Source: Nitrospirales bacterium (lineage in GTDB: Bacteria > Nitrospirota > Nitrospiria > Nitrospirales > UBA8639). Taken from it: a DNA stretch of 64,000 nucleotides. Under the pieces are notes generated by a model, which saw only the letters and a program-made list of their open reading frames with translations, was not told where the DNA came from and did not search any database. Positions 1 through 39,198 of this stretch are shown here, piece after piece. Position 1 is the first letter of the stretch, and each line of letters opens with the position of its first letter. The translations under genes and the position numbers were made by a program. The stretch spans positions 1,024,001 through 1,088,000 of the forward strand of contig CBDBCZ010000017.1 of NCBI GenBank assembly GCA_965203295.1, in the 5' to 3' direction.

Positions 1-921
1 ATAAACAGAGCAGTGTAACTCTACTTATGTACAAATAATAAAGGCATCAACAATTACCCATAAATATGACAAAAATAGACTCTGATGAAGTGCGATTGAA
101 ACGCTCCAAACAAAGTTTTTGTCTATCACTGCCATAGTCCAATTAAGATCTACCAGTAATTGGTACATGTTACCATAGAGACAGATTTCTCTGAGCTTTA
201 TATCTCGCTGAACATAGACACACAAGCCATCATATTTAGGCCACACCCTCTACCCCACCCACGTACCAAGTACAGGGTTAATAGAGATTGTGTAGGTTTA
301 GATCTGGCTATGTTGAGTCAATACTGAGCTGCAATTAGTCTAGCTTGCTATCTTCACCTAACTACCTAGGGATCGCTTGCAGTATCTCGGCGGGAAAAGA
401 GATACTGCAAGCGATTTCTAGACGGGTTTTGTCTATCACTGCCATAGTCCAAGATCTACCAGTAATTCAAAATGACCCTCAAGGACCATAGTTTTCATAC
501 ATGTATAATGTTTGATAGCCCATGAAACTTTAATTCCATGCAAAGTTATGCAAAATTCATGGTAAATAATGTTCTATAATCAATGAAGTTCAAAATGTTC
601 ATGAAACATTAACATTTTCATTGGGTAGTGTAAAACGACATGTACATGTACATGAAATTCAAATAAGGTGAATCTTCGCTGCACTCATAAGCTCCTGATG
701 TTATGTAGCTCTCAAATTACAGTGTAGTAGGAACTCCTTACCACTAATACAATTTCTGGTAGCGGCAATTCATCATCAGCTTCATGAGCATTTTATAAGA
801 CCTCTTTCATGGAACATACTAGGCTACCTTTTAAGTTTCATATCCACATGGCAATGTCGGCAAGCATTTCATGCGTTGAATGATCTAGTGTATGAACAAG
901 TCTGACATTTCATGTCTAAAA

Positions 922-1352
922 AACCAGCTGGACGCTTTTCTCGTACAATACACACAACTCGGCTTAGGCCAAGCTATTAAACTACAGCTGTAGAGCCAGA
1001 GATACTATATTCTTAGAGCGGTACAGCGAAAGTGTTGACTCAGCAGTTTCGTCATGCGCCTCCAGTTAGTAGCTATATGCCAAGAAACCAGGATCTTCAC
1101 GGCTACCTACCATGTTTTCGCCATCTAGGCAACACAAAACTACCTTCATTTGCTGTAGCTTGGCCTGCAAACCTCCAAAAGCTGCTATACACTGCAGTTG
1201 CATAGTAACGTATGACGTAATATAGTGCGCACGTGATAAGTGTGGACGCACAAACAAACAAACAAACAAACAAACAAACAAACAAACAGACAGACGCGGA
1301 AAACGTAAAGCAATCTTAGTACCAGCCGTTCACGCGCTCTGGCTGGTAAAAA
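922..1352 (-). mobile_element. HINE-like element with (TTTG)n microsatellite
   Basis: On the minus strand: 5' TTTTACCAGCC...GGCTGGTA hairpin, CTGT/(TTTG)n tract, 3' CAGCTGGTTTTTT. It interrupts a local duplication (about 713-905 + 1355-1480 versus 1486-1830). Confidence 0.5.
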
Positions 1353-2318
1353 TCCATTTGCTGGCTAACTTCAGGGGAGAAACCAAATTGATCAGAAGTA
1401 TAGGTTATCTGAAACAGCTGTCTGTGTTTGCATTAACAGGCTAATTTCCATTTCGTGTAACAACATTCCCAGTCACTACTATAGCTCTCAAAATTATGGG
1501 AAACTACAGTATAGTAGGACCTCTCCTTACCACTTCTGATAACGGCAATTGAAGTACTTTCATCTGCTTCATGGGCTTTTCATATGACCTCTTTCATGGA
1601 ACATAATAGGCTAGCTTAGGTTTCTAGGGTTTCATATCCCAATTGGAGTGTCCACCTGATACTTCACAAGCATTCCGTGTGTGAAATGATCTCCCGGAAA
1701 ATTCATGATGCAATTTTTCCTGGCTAACTTCACCGAAAGAAACCAAATTCATCAGAAGTATATAGGTTAGCTGAAACGGCTGTCTGCAGTTGCATTATCG
1801 AGCTCTCTATTTCATGTACAGCACTTTTCAAGAACCTCTCAGTGTTATTGGTTTGATTCAAGAAGTGACCACCTCCTTTCAGAAGAGTACTTCAAAGGCT
1901 AATTAATCACTCACCCACCATTAGTGCAGTGGGCTTTGCTCTAATAGCTTGCAAAGGTAGTGAAAACTGCTGTAACCTCGTTCCCAGTCACTAAACCACA
2001 CACACTTCTGGCAGAAGTGACAAACTCATCCAGGCTTCCTGCTGCTTTTTTTTGACATATAAAAAGAAAAGCTGGCAGTTGCATAGCAACTGCGAACAAG
2101 GCTAGTCCGTATAATTGTATATGCACACAATGGCATGTATAATAGCATGTATGTAAGTACAGTATAGTACAATGGACCTTTGTTATGATGTAATGGTGAG
2201 CATTAAATAGAGAAAATACATGAGAACATGTGCTTTGGTAGTCACTACTCATTCTAGTTTGCTTGAATTTCGAGAAGACTTTATTATGGCCTCCGCTCAC
2301 CCCCAGTCTAATCTCAAA

Positions 2319-5300
2319 ATGGCGGAGGTGGAGCTGAACCAGCGCCAGCAGGAGGCAGAGGAGACGGTGAGGTATGCCCAGGACGTCCTGGAGCTGCTCA
2401 CTTCCGAAGAGAAGCTGCAGGATGCCAGGTCGGTGCAGAGTGCGGGCCGATATACAGGAGGGAACCCCTCCCACCCCCCTCCCACGCCACGTGTGTGTTG
2501 GGTGCCTTTTATACATGTACATTGCACTGTTATAGAACTCATAATTTTTTGGTCAAGTATAAGCTTGAGATAATTATGGCAACAAATTCCAGGGGGGAGA
2601 GAGATCCCAGTGTGTCCCCCTTCCGCATGTGTGTTGGGATGTAAATTTGCACAGTTACAGTAAGAGAGAGCTAGAGAGGGAGACCTTCCCCCCCCCCCCC
2701 GAATTATAAAACCCAGTTGATGGTTCTCTCTGTGTCTCAGGTGGTCTGAGGAGATGGGAGGGGAGGAGAGGAGGGGAGGGGGGTACACTCTGTATGAAAA
2801 CCAGTTGATGGTTCTCTCTGTATCTCAGGTGGTCAGAGGAGACGATTGCCAAGGTTAGGCAGAAGGTAGACAAAGCGAAGGAGTCTGTGCACCGATCTGT
2901 GGAAGGTACGAGAGATGATTTTTGTATCATGCCCACAAGGTTAGCAGGCCACACTTTGGCCCATGTGGTAGTATAGGGATGTCTCTCGTCTCCTCTGCCC
3001 CATATCATCCCCACATCACCCCTTCTGTACCCACGTCTCCCCCTCTCTCCCCACATCTCCCCTCTGTCCCCACGTCTCCCCCTAACTCTCCACATCACCC
3101 CCTCTGTCCCAACGTATCCCCTCTCTCCCCACATCTCCCCTCTGTCCCCACGTCTCCCCCTCTCTCCCCACATCACCCCTTCTGTACCCACGTCTCCCCC
3201 TCTCTCCCCACATCTCCCCTCTGTCCCCACGTCTCCCCCTAACTCTCCACATCACCCCTTCTGTCCCCACGTCTCCCCCTCTGTCCCCACGTCTCCCCCT
3301 AACTCTCCACATCACCCCTTCTCTCCCCATATCTCCCCCTCTGTCCCAACGTATCCCCCTCTGTCCCCACATCATCCCATCTGTCCCCACGTCTCCCCCT
3401 AACTCTCCACATCTCCCCTCTGTCCCCACGTCTCCCCCTCTGTCCCCACATCACCCCATCTGTCCCCACGTCTCCCCCTAACTCTCCACATCACCCCCTC
3501 TGTCCCAACGTCTCCCCCTAACTCCCCACATCACCCCCTCTGTCCCAACGTATCCCCCTCTGTCCTCAAATCTCCCCCTCTGTCCTCAAATCTCCCCCTC
3601 TGTCCTCACGTCTCCCCTTCTGTACCCACATCTCCCCCTCTGTCCCCACATCTTCCCATCTGTCCCCCCCTCTGCTCATCTATCCTCATGTCCCTCCCCC
3701 CCCCCCCAACCACCACCAACCCAGGTCTGGGTGAACGGAAGCAGCAGCTGCAAGTTGAGCTGAGGAGCGAGTATTGCCAGGCCCTCCAGACCGACTCACC
3801 TGACGCACAGCCTGACACCAGATATCCTTTTACTCAGTCTGTATTGTGGAGCTGTACATGCAGCTATAAATGAAGTGCACCTGTACATGTATCTATAGGA
3901 GATTGATGCACAGTGCATGTATACATGTATGTACATGTACTTGCACTGTACATGTGGCCAAACTCCTTGAATAATGAGGACACTGTACATGAGTGGTATT
4001 AGTGGCCAAACTCCTTGAATAATGAGGACACTGTACATGAGTGGTATTAGTGGCCAAACTCCTTGAATAATGAGGACACTGTACATGTATATAAATAATA
4101 GCCAAACTCCTTGACTAATGAGGACACTGTACATGAGTACCGTAGTGGCCAAACTCCTTGAATAATGAGGACACTGTACATGAGTACCATAGTGGCCAAA
4201 CTCCTTGAATAATGAGGACACTGTACATGAGTAGTATTAGTGGCCAAACTCCTTGAATAATGAGGACACTGTACATGAGTACCGTAGTGGCCAAACTCCT
4301 TGAATAATGAGGACACTGTACATGAGTAGTATCAGTGGCCAAACTCCTTGAATAATGAGGACACTGTACATGAGTACCATAGTGGCCAAACTCCTAGAAC
4401 ATGTACCTGTATCTAATTGTACATGTGTTAAAATCCTTGTCTCTGGCTAAATTCAATATTGAGGACAGCATCACACTCTACATATGCCATACACATGTAC
4501 GTGTACTTCCCTTGTGTTCTCTCCTTGACTGCTGGTGACTGTGGTGAGGGAGGAGCTGAGTAGCATGCAGAGGCAAGTCAGGGAGAAGGAAGGAGACTGT
4601 CAGAAGCTGCAGAACGAACAAAAGAGGCTCGAGTTTCACAGGTCAGTGACGCCATCGTTTATTTTTTTGTATCTCGCTCAAAAGCAGCGCTAGCCTTGTT
4701 CCCAGGCTTCCGCACAGCTTCTGTTGCTTGCGCATATACATGTATAGCTCTATCATTTCTACGGTACAATATGTGATTGTTCAGCACTACAAAAATATGT
4801 ATTTACAGTGGAACCCCTCCAATATGGACACCTTGGGGGCCTGGTGAAGTGTCCTGTATAGAGAGGTGTCCTCATATCAGAAGTAAAGTTACATTAGCAA
4901 AGTGTCCTTTTACAGAGGTGTCCGTATATCTATCAGGGGTGTCCTCACGTATGTCTTACCGGTCTGCCCCTTTAGAAAACACCGCAAGATCCAGAAAAGA
5001 CTGGCCCACATTCAATTCGATCTCTCCTCTTCAGACAGCCACGTCAAGGGCTGTATCCTTCTATCCCCCAGGGTTGATTGTACTAGCTAGCAATGTTATG
5101 CGATTTCTGCTGGGAGTTAAGGGTTATGGGATACCGTTATGGCTTAAATGATTGATGTATACATGTATATGAACAGGGTTCTGCCCACACTGGTCGGCAG
5201 TGGTCAGGTCTAACCACCACTGAGCTTGTTTGACCACCACTCAGCCTTTTTGACCACCACTCAGCTAATGTTAACTCTATTTACAGTATTTTTAATATGA

Positions 5301-7012
5301 GAGAAAGTCCGTTTAGCTAAAAGAAGTGTCTTGGAGATTGAATTTTGACCACCACTCAACGTCTCCTAGGCAGAACCCTGTATATATGTACATACATCTC
5401 AGTAAGGCAATACAGAGTGAGTAATATTGAATGCCAAAACAATAAACAAGTGATAGTCTCAGCAAGGTTATACATATACACGAGTGATAGTCTTCGTAGT
5501 ATGTTTCAATTCACCATGACAAAATAATGGTTAGGTATTAGCACCTAGTTAAAACTCTTGCTCTAATTTCTTGCAACAAAGCTAAGGCATGCAATTAAAC
5601 GTGATATCACTTAATTATGTTGGTTTGGCTTCCAATATACATTCTTTAGCTTTTTCAGGGCCATGTTTCCTTCCAGGGAAAAATAGTATTTGGATGATTA
5701 CGGTAGAAGAAGGAAACTTTATTCAATGTTTCGACAGTACTTTGACTATCTTCATCAGGAATGATGCAAAGAATGGCACCTACGTATTTATATATGCCGG
5801 ATAGTCAAAGTACTGTCGAAACGTTGAATAAAGTTTCATTCCTCTACTGTTATTGTCCAAATACTATAGTAAACTACATTCTTTAGCTTAGTAGCTATTA
5901 CATTTCAGACCCGTACACACTGTGTGTTGACACATGCATTCCCGTGGGCCTGGTAAACATGTACAAGGCTGGTGCTCTCCCACTCCTCTAGGAATGTGTT
6001 AGCCTGGAACCCAGGCTCTGGGAAAAGCCTGGGTTCGACTTTTCTCGGAGCCTGGGTTCGACTTTTCTTGGAGCCTGGGTTTGACTTTTCTCGAAGCCTG
6101 GGTTTGACTTTTCTCGGAGCCTGGGTTCTAGGCTAGGAATGCGTAGCCACATGCCTAGTTCATGATGGAGTAGTAGCCTCGTTTCCAGGCTCCACTTCAC
6201 CTTCAAACAAAGTATTGAGATAAGGGTAGTGAAAGGAAGTATTACAAAAGTGTTTTAGCTGCTGTTGTTGCAAAGTGTCATATATGGTGATAAAAGCTGG
6301 GGTATACGCCGGGGAAAAATAACTAGCTCAGTATGCTTAGCTTTTGGCATGTTTTTAAAACAAATCTCAAGTTGTGTTTACAATTCTCTATTGCTTTGTT
6401 TGTGGCAAGAGTAGCATGCTTTTTGTCTCACATGGAAGCAAGTTTCAAGTGGTGTTCACAACACAGTTTTCTTGTGTGGACATATTGCATGAATGATTTT
6501 GGCTTCTTTCTCGCTCAAATTAGTGTTGTACCGAGGCCACATGGAACTGCATTTCTGCACTACTTGTGGTGCCAAAAGAGCTGTTTTTGGCTCAAATCAT
6601 CTTTGCAAATACACCTGCATTAGCTTCATTCCCATCCAGTTGCCGGTGACATGCTATATATTAGTGTGTGTGATACCATGCCCTTTGCCCTGGGGCAGAA
6701 ATTGTTACTATAGGGGGTTGCATCTCCTGTAGTTGTCAACACTGAAGAATCATTACCAAATTGAACCAGCCATGGGTGTTTGATTGTGCCCAGTTTCTAT
6801 ACCTTCTTCAGTTTGTTACCACAAAACTAGTAGATAGGGAGCTAAACAAATATTGTTGATTCCACAGCTATTTCCAAGCTTGAGTTTTTTTCTCCTTAAC
6901 TGTGACTTGTACAGACCTGAAGAAACCCAGTGGCGAGTTGCAGACGTTTGAGTTTGACTTCACTGAAGACTCTCCGTGCTATGTGTCTGACTTTTTGTGG
7001 GACAGCATTTGA
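2319..7012 (+). CDS. SPC24: Kinetochore NDC80-complex subunit Spc24-like (N-terminal coiled coil + C-terminal RWD-like domain), 6 exons, about 186 aa
   Basis: Exons 2319-2428, 2829-2905, 3725-3821, 4540-4641, 4976-5052, 6915-7012 join in frame (561 nt, ending TGA). The coiled coil MAEVELNQRQQEAEETVRY...EELSSMQRQVREKEGDCQKLQNEQKRLE is followed by AHIQFDLSSSDSHVKGYLKKPSGELQTFEFD...SPCYVSDFLWDSI*, which resembles the Spc24 C-terminus (KIEWDY..VKG..I.LD..FISDYLWSL). Start taken at caaaATGG 2319; an in-frame upstream ATG exists at 2286. Confidence 0.8.
3010..3680. repeat. C-rich minisatellite (CCCCTCTGTCCCCACGTCT variants) in SPC24 intron 2
   Basis: Units of about 19-20 bp; source of the GTEG/PSVP low-complexity ORFs. 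Confidence 0.9.
3822..4539 (+). other. U12-type AT-AC intron (SPC24 intron 3)
   Basis: 5' site ATATCCTTT at 3822, branch point CTCCTTGAC at 4521-4529, 3' AC at 4538-4539. Splicing joins ACC AG|T GTG GTG AGG in frame. Confidence 0.9.
3955..4398. repeat. Tandem minisatellite of about 47 bp inside the AT-AC intron
   Basis: About 9 copies of GTGGCCAAACTCCTTGAATAATGAGGACACTGTACATGAGTnnnnTA. Confidence 0.95.
5174..5380. mobile_element. MITE family with CAGGGTTCTGCC termini
   Basis: CAGGGTTCTGCCCACAC ... GGCAGAACCCTG; second copy at about 25826-26013 (with a partial upstream duplicate from 25745) and a fragment at about 14885-14979. Confidence 0.7.
5721..5762 (-). ncRNA. Penelope-type minimal hammerhead ribozyme motif (possibly inactive) within an inverted repeat
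   Basis: Minus strand reads ATTC-CTGATGA-A-GATAG[tcaaagta]CTGTC-GAA-ACAT-T-GAAT-AAA: stem I ATTC/GAAT, conserved cores, stem II and an overlapping AATAAA. The inverted partner arm at 5800-5866 has GAAACGTT-GAATAAA but lacks CTGATGA. Confidence 0.6.
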
Positions 7013-8039
7013 CGTTGTATTTATCAGCATCTTGGAGTATATTTTAGTCTCATGCCATATCACGTCACCAAACAGATGTCACAGTATCTATGTGGCCACA
7101 GATGTCATAGTATTACAGTATCTATGTGGCCACAGATGTCATAGTATTACAGTATCTATGTGGCCACTACTATGGATACTGCAACTGTGACATCTGTTTG
7201 GTGATGTAATACTATAATCAACCAATCACATTGCCAGTCCAGACCTGGGCCCGCTGATGTAATGCTAACCCAACTTTGAATCACCAGACCTACCCTTCTA
7301 ATGTGGGCCGGGGCTGTGCACAGGACTAGAAATAATCAACAACAATAGTCACTGACTGATATTAGCTCTATATAATTCAAAGGTTTTCCTCTACATTTAA
7401 GTGTAGGTTTCTGTATATATCCACACATCTTCCGATCCATTCACACACTTAATTCCTTTCAAACCTGCTTGTCTCCACTACATGTAAGCACTTGCTATTC
7501 CCTGCAAGGGCTAGTGGATGATGCATGCAGTCTTGGTTTGTACATGTATATAAGCATCCTGAGTTTCTGTACCTTGTGTTGTATTGTTGCATACTTTGAT
7601 AACTTTTTGAGCCACTACAATTTTAGAGCTGCAGGAGTGAATCAGTGAATGCCTTGTATGGGGACAGACATACATGTACCTGACAGCTTGATCAGATTAC
7701 TTACATGTATCTCATTCTCATTTCATAATATAAATTCCATAACTGGTCTTTTGACCAATCCATACACTCCCGGTCATTTTTAGGTGCACATATTCATTCA
7801 TTCATATACATGTACAGTATAGTCCAGGGTGTAGCCAACATAATTAACGAGGCAGACCTCATAACCCTTACACACACACAAAACTGAGCATTAGGACAGG
7901 GAGAGTGTATAATTACATGTATGAGGATGGATGACTTTACACAATCATGTATAAACCTATATAGAAAATTCAACTAACACAATAATACCAATCTGACAAA
8001 AAATGCAGTCTTACAACTACTATATACTCTAGTATGGTG

Positions 8040-8720
8040 TTACTGAATAGTAAACAGTCCAATGGCAGATAGTAGCACAGATGCAGCCACAGTAAATGCC
8101 GACATCACCAGCTTAGATCCATGGCCGCCGCTGAAGAGATGCACACATGGATCCTCAAGGCTGACCTGGCAGAATTCGTACAGGCTCTGCAGAGTGACGC
8201 CACCACCGCACGTCTGGAAAAATATAGTGTAGATAGTGGTCTGCGTACAGCACCCAAGCAGGGTAGTGAGCATTTCAAGCTGCGTAGCACATTCAGCTGA
8301 GCAGTTATCGGCTGTTGTGTTCACGGGACAGCATTCTGAAATTGCTTCTGTGGCAGTGTCATTTACGCTCTGATCAACTAGCGTATAGCATCTGGGATTT
8401 GGCCCCTGGGGGCCCCCGCAGATGCCCCCCCAAACCTCGTCAGCAGCAAGTTGGCTCTGACACTCCACGAAAGTGTCGTACCTCTCCCGCGTACCCGCTC
8501 CGGGGGTGCACAGAAAACCTTCCAAGGTGTCAAAGCCTGCTTCTTCGGCACAAACCAAAGGCCCGTTCAGACACATTGCCGCTACCGGGTTAAACAGACT
8601 TGATAATGTAGCACAGTCTGCTTCTTGTCGCTTGACGAGAGCGTCTTCCCGAGCCTCCCCGGTACAGAATACCAGCGTCACGACAAAGACTGCAACTAGT
8701 CTCATCTTCAGTACCTCCAT
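8040..8720 (-). CDS. Single-exon secreted Cys-rich protein with probable GPI-anchor signal, 226 aa
   Basis: Uninterrupted ORF with signal peptide (MRLVAVFVVTLVFCTGEA), dibasic KR, many Cys (including CSAECATQLEMLTTLLGCC), N-glycosylation sequons NDT/NTT/NCS, and C-terminal small residues SGG + spacer + hydrophobic tail. Confidence 0.8.
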   Translation of the reverse strand: MEVLKMRLVAVFVVTLVFCTGEAREDALVKRQEADCATLSSLFNPVAAMCLNGPLVCAEEAGFDTLEGFLCTPGAGTRERYDTFVECQSQLAADEVWGGICGGPQGPNPRCYTLVDQSVNDTATEAISECCPVNTTADNCSAECATQLEMLTTLLGCCTQTTIYTIFFQTCGGGVTLQSLYEFCQVSLEDPCVHLFSGGHGSKLVMSAFTVAASVLLSAIGLFTIQ

Positions 8721-8897
8721 ATCTCGTATACGCGATTAGAAGTCCACACTATACTAGTATATATTAGGTAGCTGTGTGGTGTCATAGATCATTGCGATCG
8801 CGCGATCACGCGAGCATGGATATGGGATGTATATACATGTAATTATTGCATGGCGGCGATCCGTTCCGTTCCCACCTGTACCTATCAATTAGCTATA

Positions 8898-9078
8898 CCG
8901 TATAGCGCTTAAATTTCGCGGGTCTTTAATTTCACGAATTTCGCGAATTTGGAACGATTCGCAAAATTATTTCAACAATTTTTTTTTACACTCAACGAAT
9001 TCGCGAAATTATTTCAACGAAACGTTCAAAAACGGCTATTCGCGAATTTTTAGACCCGCCAAATTAAGCGCTATACGG
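8898..9078. mobile_element. TA-flanked MITE with CCGTA termini (pogo/Tc2-like)
   Basis: TA-CCGTATAGCGCTTAA ... TTAAGCGCTATACGG-TA. Similar CCGTA-ended elements at 20641-21137, 21704-22205, 48266-48450, about 24297-24488 and about 50700-50824. Confidence 0.75.
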
Positions 9079-10617
9079 TATTGGAGATACCAGCAATTTT
9101 TGCATACGGAGGCTAAATTTCTAATTTGTATAATTAATAGCATGGCTTCGAGTGCAATTAGGGATTAATAGCACGAGTGAGTGGCATTAACTAGGTTTTA
9201 AATTGCACGAGGCGAAGCCGAGTGCTATTTGCCTAGTTGATGCCACTCACAAGTGCTATTAATTCCTATTTGCACGAGAAACCATGCTATTATTTGTTAA
9301 TCATGTAATTCGTCATCGAAAGGTAGGCGGGGCTTTTACAAGCTCGTCATCACCGACCCATACCTGCGAGAGAGACGAATCTCTATGCCGTTGCTCTACT
9401 AACGTTTCTATGCCCATAGGCCCGGGTTGCATAAATTTCTGGCCAATCAAATTGCTATTACAAATTTTGCACACTTATTGCCCAATAGTATCGCTATTTC
9501 AGTTTTGCACACCTTTGCGTACAAGAAAACATGATTTGAATACAAGAAAACACAAATACAAGATATATTGCACACTTGTCTATGTAGTTTTAGTACAGTA
9601 CAATAACAAGTACATGATTAGCTCATTAATCGTATCTTTAGCTGTAATAGGCCATGCATATGGACTACGACATCACTAACGTTAACCACTGTCTACTAGA
9701 TATGACTAGTCTCGTTCCCAGACCCTCCACGTGCGCCCCATCAAAAAAGTATAGGGAAAGGTAATGATATGACCAATCGATTTGTGTGGTGGCATTATTA
9801 CCACCACCATTACCATCAGAATCGCTATACCATGGTATCACTAACAAAAGGAACATCACATTAATCAGTCTGCCGGGACCAGTAGCTACACTCTTTTCAC
9901 AAGCTGCAAAGTAACCACAGAGGAGATCAATAGTTCTGTCGAAGAAAATTGTGAGAGAGCTAGCTAGAGGTGTCCTAATGCAGCATCCATCAGAATTGTA
10001 CAACTGCAGCAACAGAATTGTACAGTTCGACTCAGTGGACAGGATGTATCCACAATAGAAGTGCATGCAGGCTCTGCTTGTGTCACCAACTTACATTACA
10101 TTATTGCCACTCAGACTCGAGCACATGTACAGTCCACTGTTGGTTTACTTTCAGTGACCATTATATGATGCGATGGGGGGGGGGGGGGGGGTAAAAGGAG
10201 GCACTAAATGGAGAAAATACATGAAAGCGAGCATGTTTTGCACTCCCATGTCAATTTTTCAACATGAACCACAAAACATGCATGTTTCCATGTAAACATC
10301 TTAGTGTATCTTAGTATATAGCATCATGCATAATTCGCTTGGCAGTTCAGCCACAAGCATGTTGCTTACGATGCTAATACATACATCATATTATTGAAAG
10401 GAAAGAAGAACAAGAACAAGGTTGAGTTAAGACCTGGAGAGCTGTACAATACAAAATGACTCTGAGCACTGTGTACTACACACGATAATAGTATACAATA
10501 TGACAAAAATATACATGGACTAAAAGTCCACGGGTCAGTTTGATATATTAAAGAGAGAAGAATGAACATGCACACTGCAAATTAAAAAATTCAATGGCCA
10601 TACACACGGGGGAGTAG

Positions 10618-37749
<27,132 letters not shown>

Positions 37750-39050
37750 TTTCTCGATTGACTATACTAAACATTAAACTGCACTGATCGATGATCATCA
37801 CACTAGCCACGCCTACGTTTGCATGTTCGCGCACTACTCCGTTCACGTTCGCATTCTTGTGTGCTATTACGTAATAGCCTCAGGCTCACGTATGTACGGG
37901 TTTTCCCCATGAATAAGCGCCCACGTGGACTCTACTATCTGTGGCATAACGATATAACACACTCGACAGGTAAGATGATCTGACGGATAGTAAACCATAC
38001 GTGTAGCTACAGAGTGAGTGGGCTAACCCTAGCTGAATTTGCATATACCCCTCATTAAATTTTAGGGCAACAATATTACATTGTGCAGAATTTTATTGTC
38101 TCGCAAACCAGCCTCACTCCTCAACCAAGAGTAGTGAGGCAGGCACACGAGACTACAATGTAGAAGGGAAATATTTCCAGTCATTGGGGTAGGTCCCCGT
38201 CTCCTTTTTAATTTACAAGGAACTACATCATTATAATAGAATAAACTTGGGCGATAGAGAAGAGAAATGTCATTGATTGTTAACAGTATAGCTACAACTC
38301 GCACTCAGGCATATCCATACAGAAACTTAAAGTTTCCCATGTGTTCATAATGTAAACGGATGAATGAAGGGGGTATTTACAGTCCAAATGGTACTTAATA
38401 GCAATTCACAATGAAGTGCATGACACACAACTCACACACACACACACACACACACACACATCTAAAGCCCATTAGTGTAGTTGGCTTCTCTGCAAACTTG
38501 CCAAGACGTTAACTCTAGGATGTGTTCCTTTATAAAGTAATGTATAAGGTTGAGGGGTACTTATATTATAATTTATTGCATGAGTGCAATTTGCAGGAGT
38601 AATATATATGCGAAGTGCATACATGAGCATCTTACAAACTACTCCTGATTATAATGCACAACTGCATGTGAATCTATGCTATAAATGTACTGCTACTGAA
38701 TAATAAGGACTGAAAGAATTAAGTATGTAACTACGTAGTTGACAATGTTCAGCACATGACTGTATCGTGCATGTTATACAGCCATAACATATGTACTCCA
38801 TATTAATACATAGCTACATATCATGTGGCAAATTTATGTGCGTCCACAATGTATGAAATTGTGCACTGGGAAAAATGGTTAGATATAATTGTTATCAGAT
38901 TCTACGTACATCAACTTAAGTATTACTATCTGTAGTTGCATAATGATTATGTAATCTTCAAAAGAGTATATATACTCACGGTAGTAATTAGCATTGAAGT
39001 GCATGACACACAACTTACACAACACACACACATACACACACACACACACA

Positions 39051-39088
<38 letters not shown>

Positions 39089-39198
39089 ACACAATGCAGT
39101 AGATTGAATACAGTCACGATATAAAAACAATAAGTGGTGCCACTCACAGCCAGTGGAGCAACTAACTTTGAAGAACAAAAACCTGAAAATATATCCAG

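Larger units (their letters stand above)
5053..6914 (+). other. U12-type GT-AG intron (SPC24 intron 5)
   Basis: 5' site GTATCCTT at 5053, branch point TCTCCTTAAC at 6891-6900, AG at 6913-6914 with no pyrimidine tract in between. Splicing joins GGC T|AC CTG AAG in frame. Confidence 0.9.

Noticed and set aside
76..126. CTGATGA...GAAAC hammerhead-like core
   Set aside because: Stem II is very weak, and there is no convincing stem III or cleavage triplet adjoining stem I.
3955..4398. Regularly spaced repeats with a short variable segment, superficially CRISPR-like
   Set aside because: The variable part is only a few bases, there are no unique spacers or cas genes, and it lies in a eukaryotic intron. 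It is a minisatellite.
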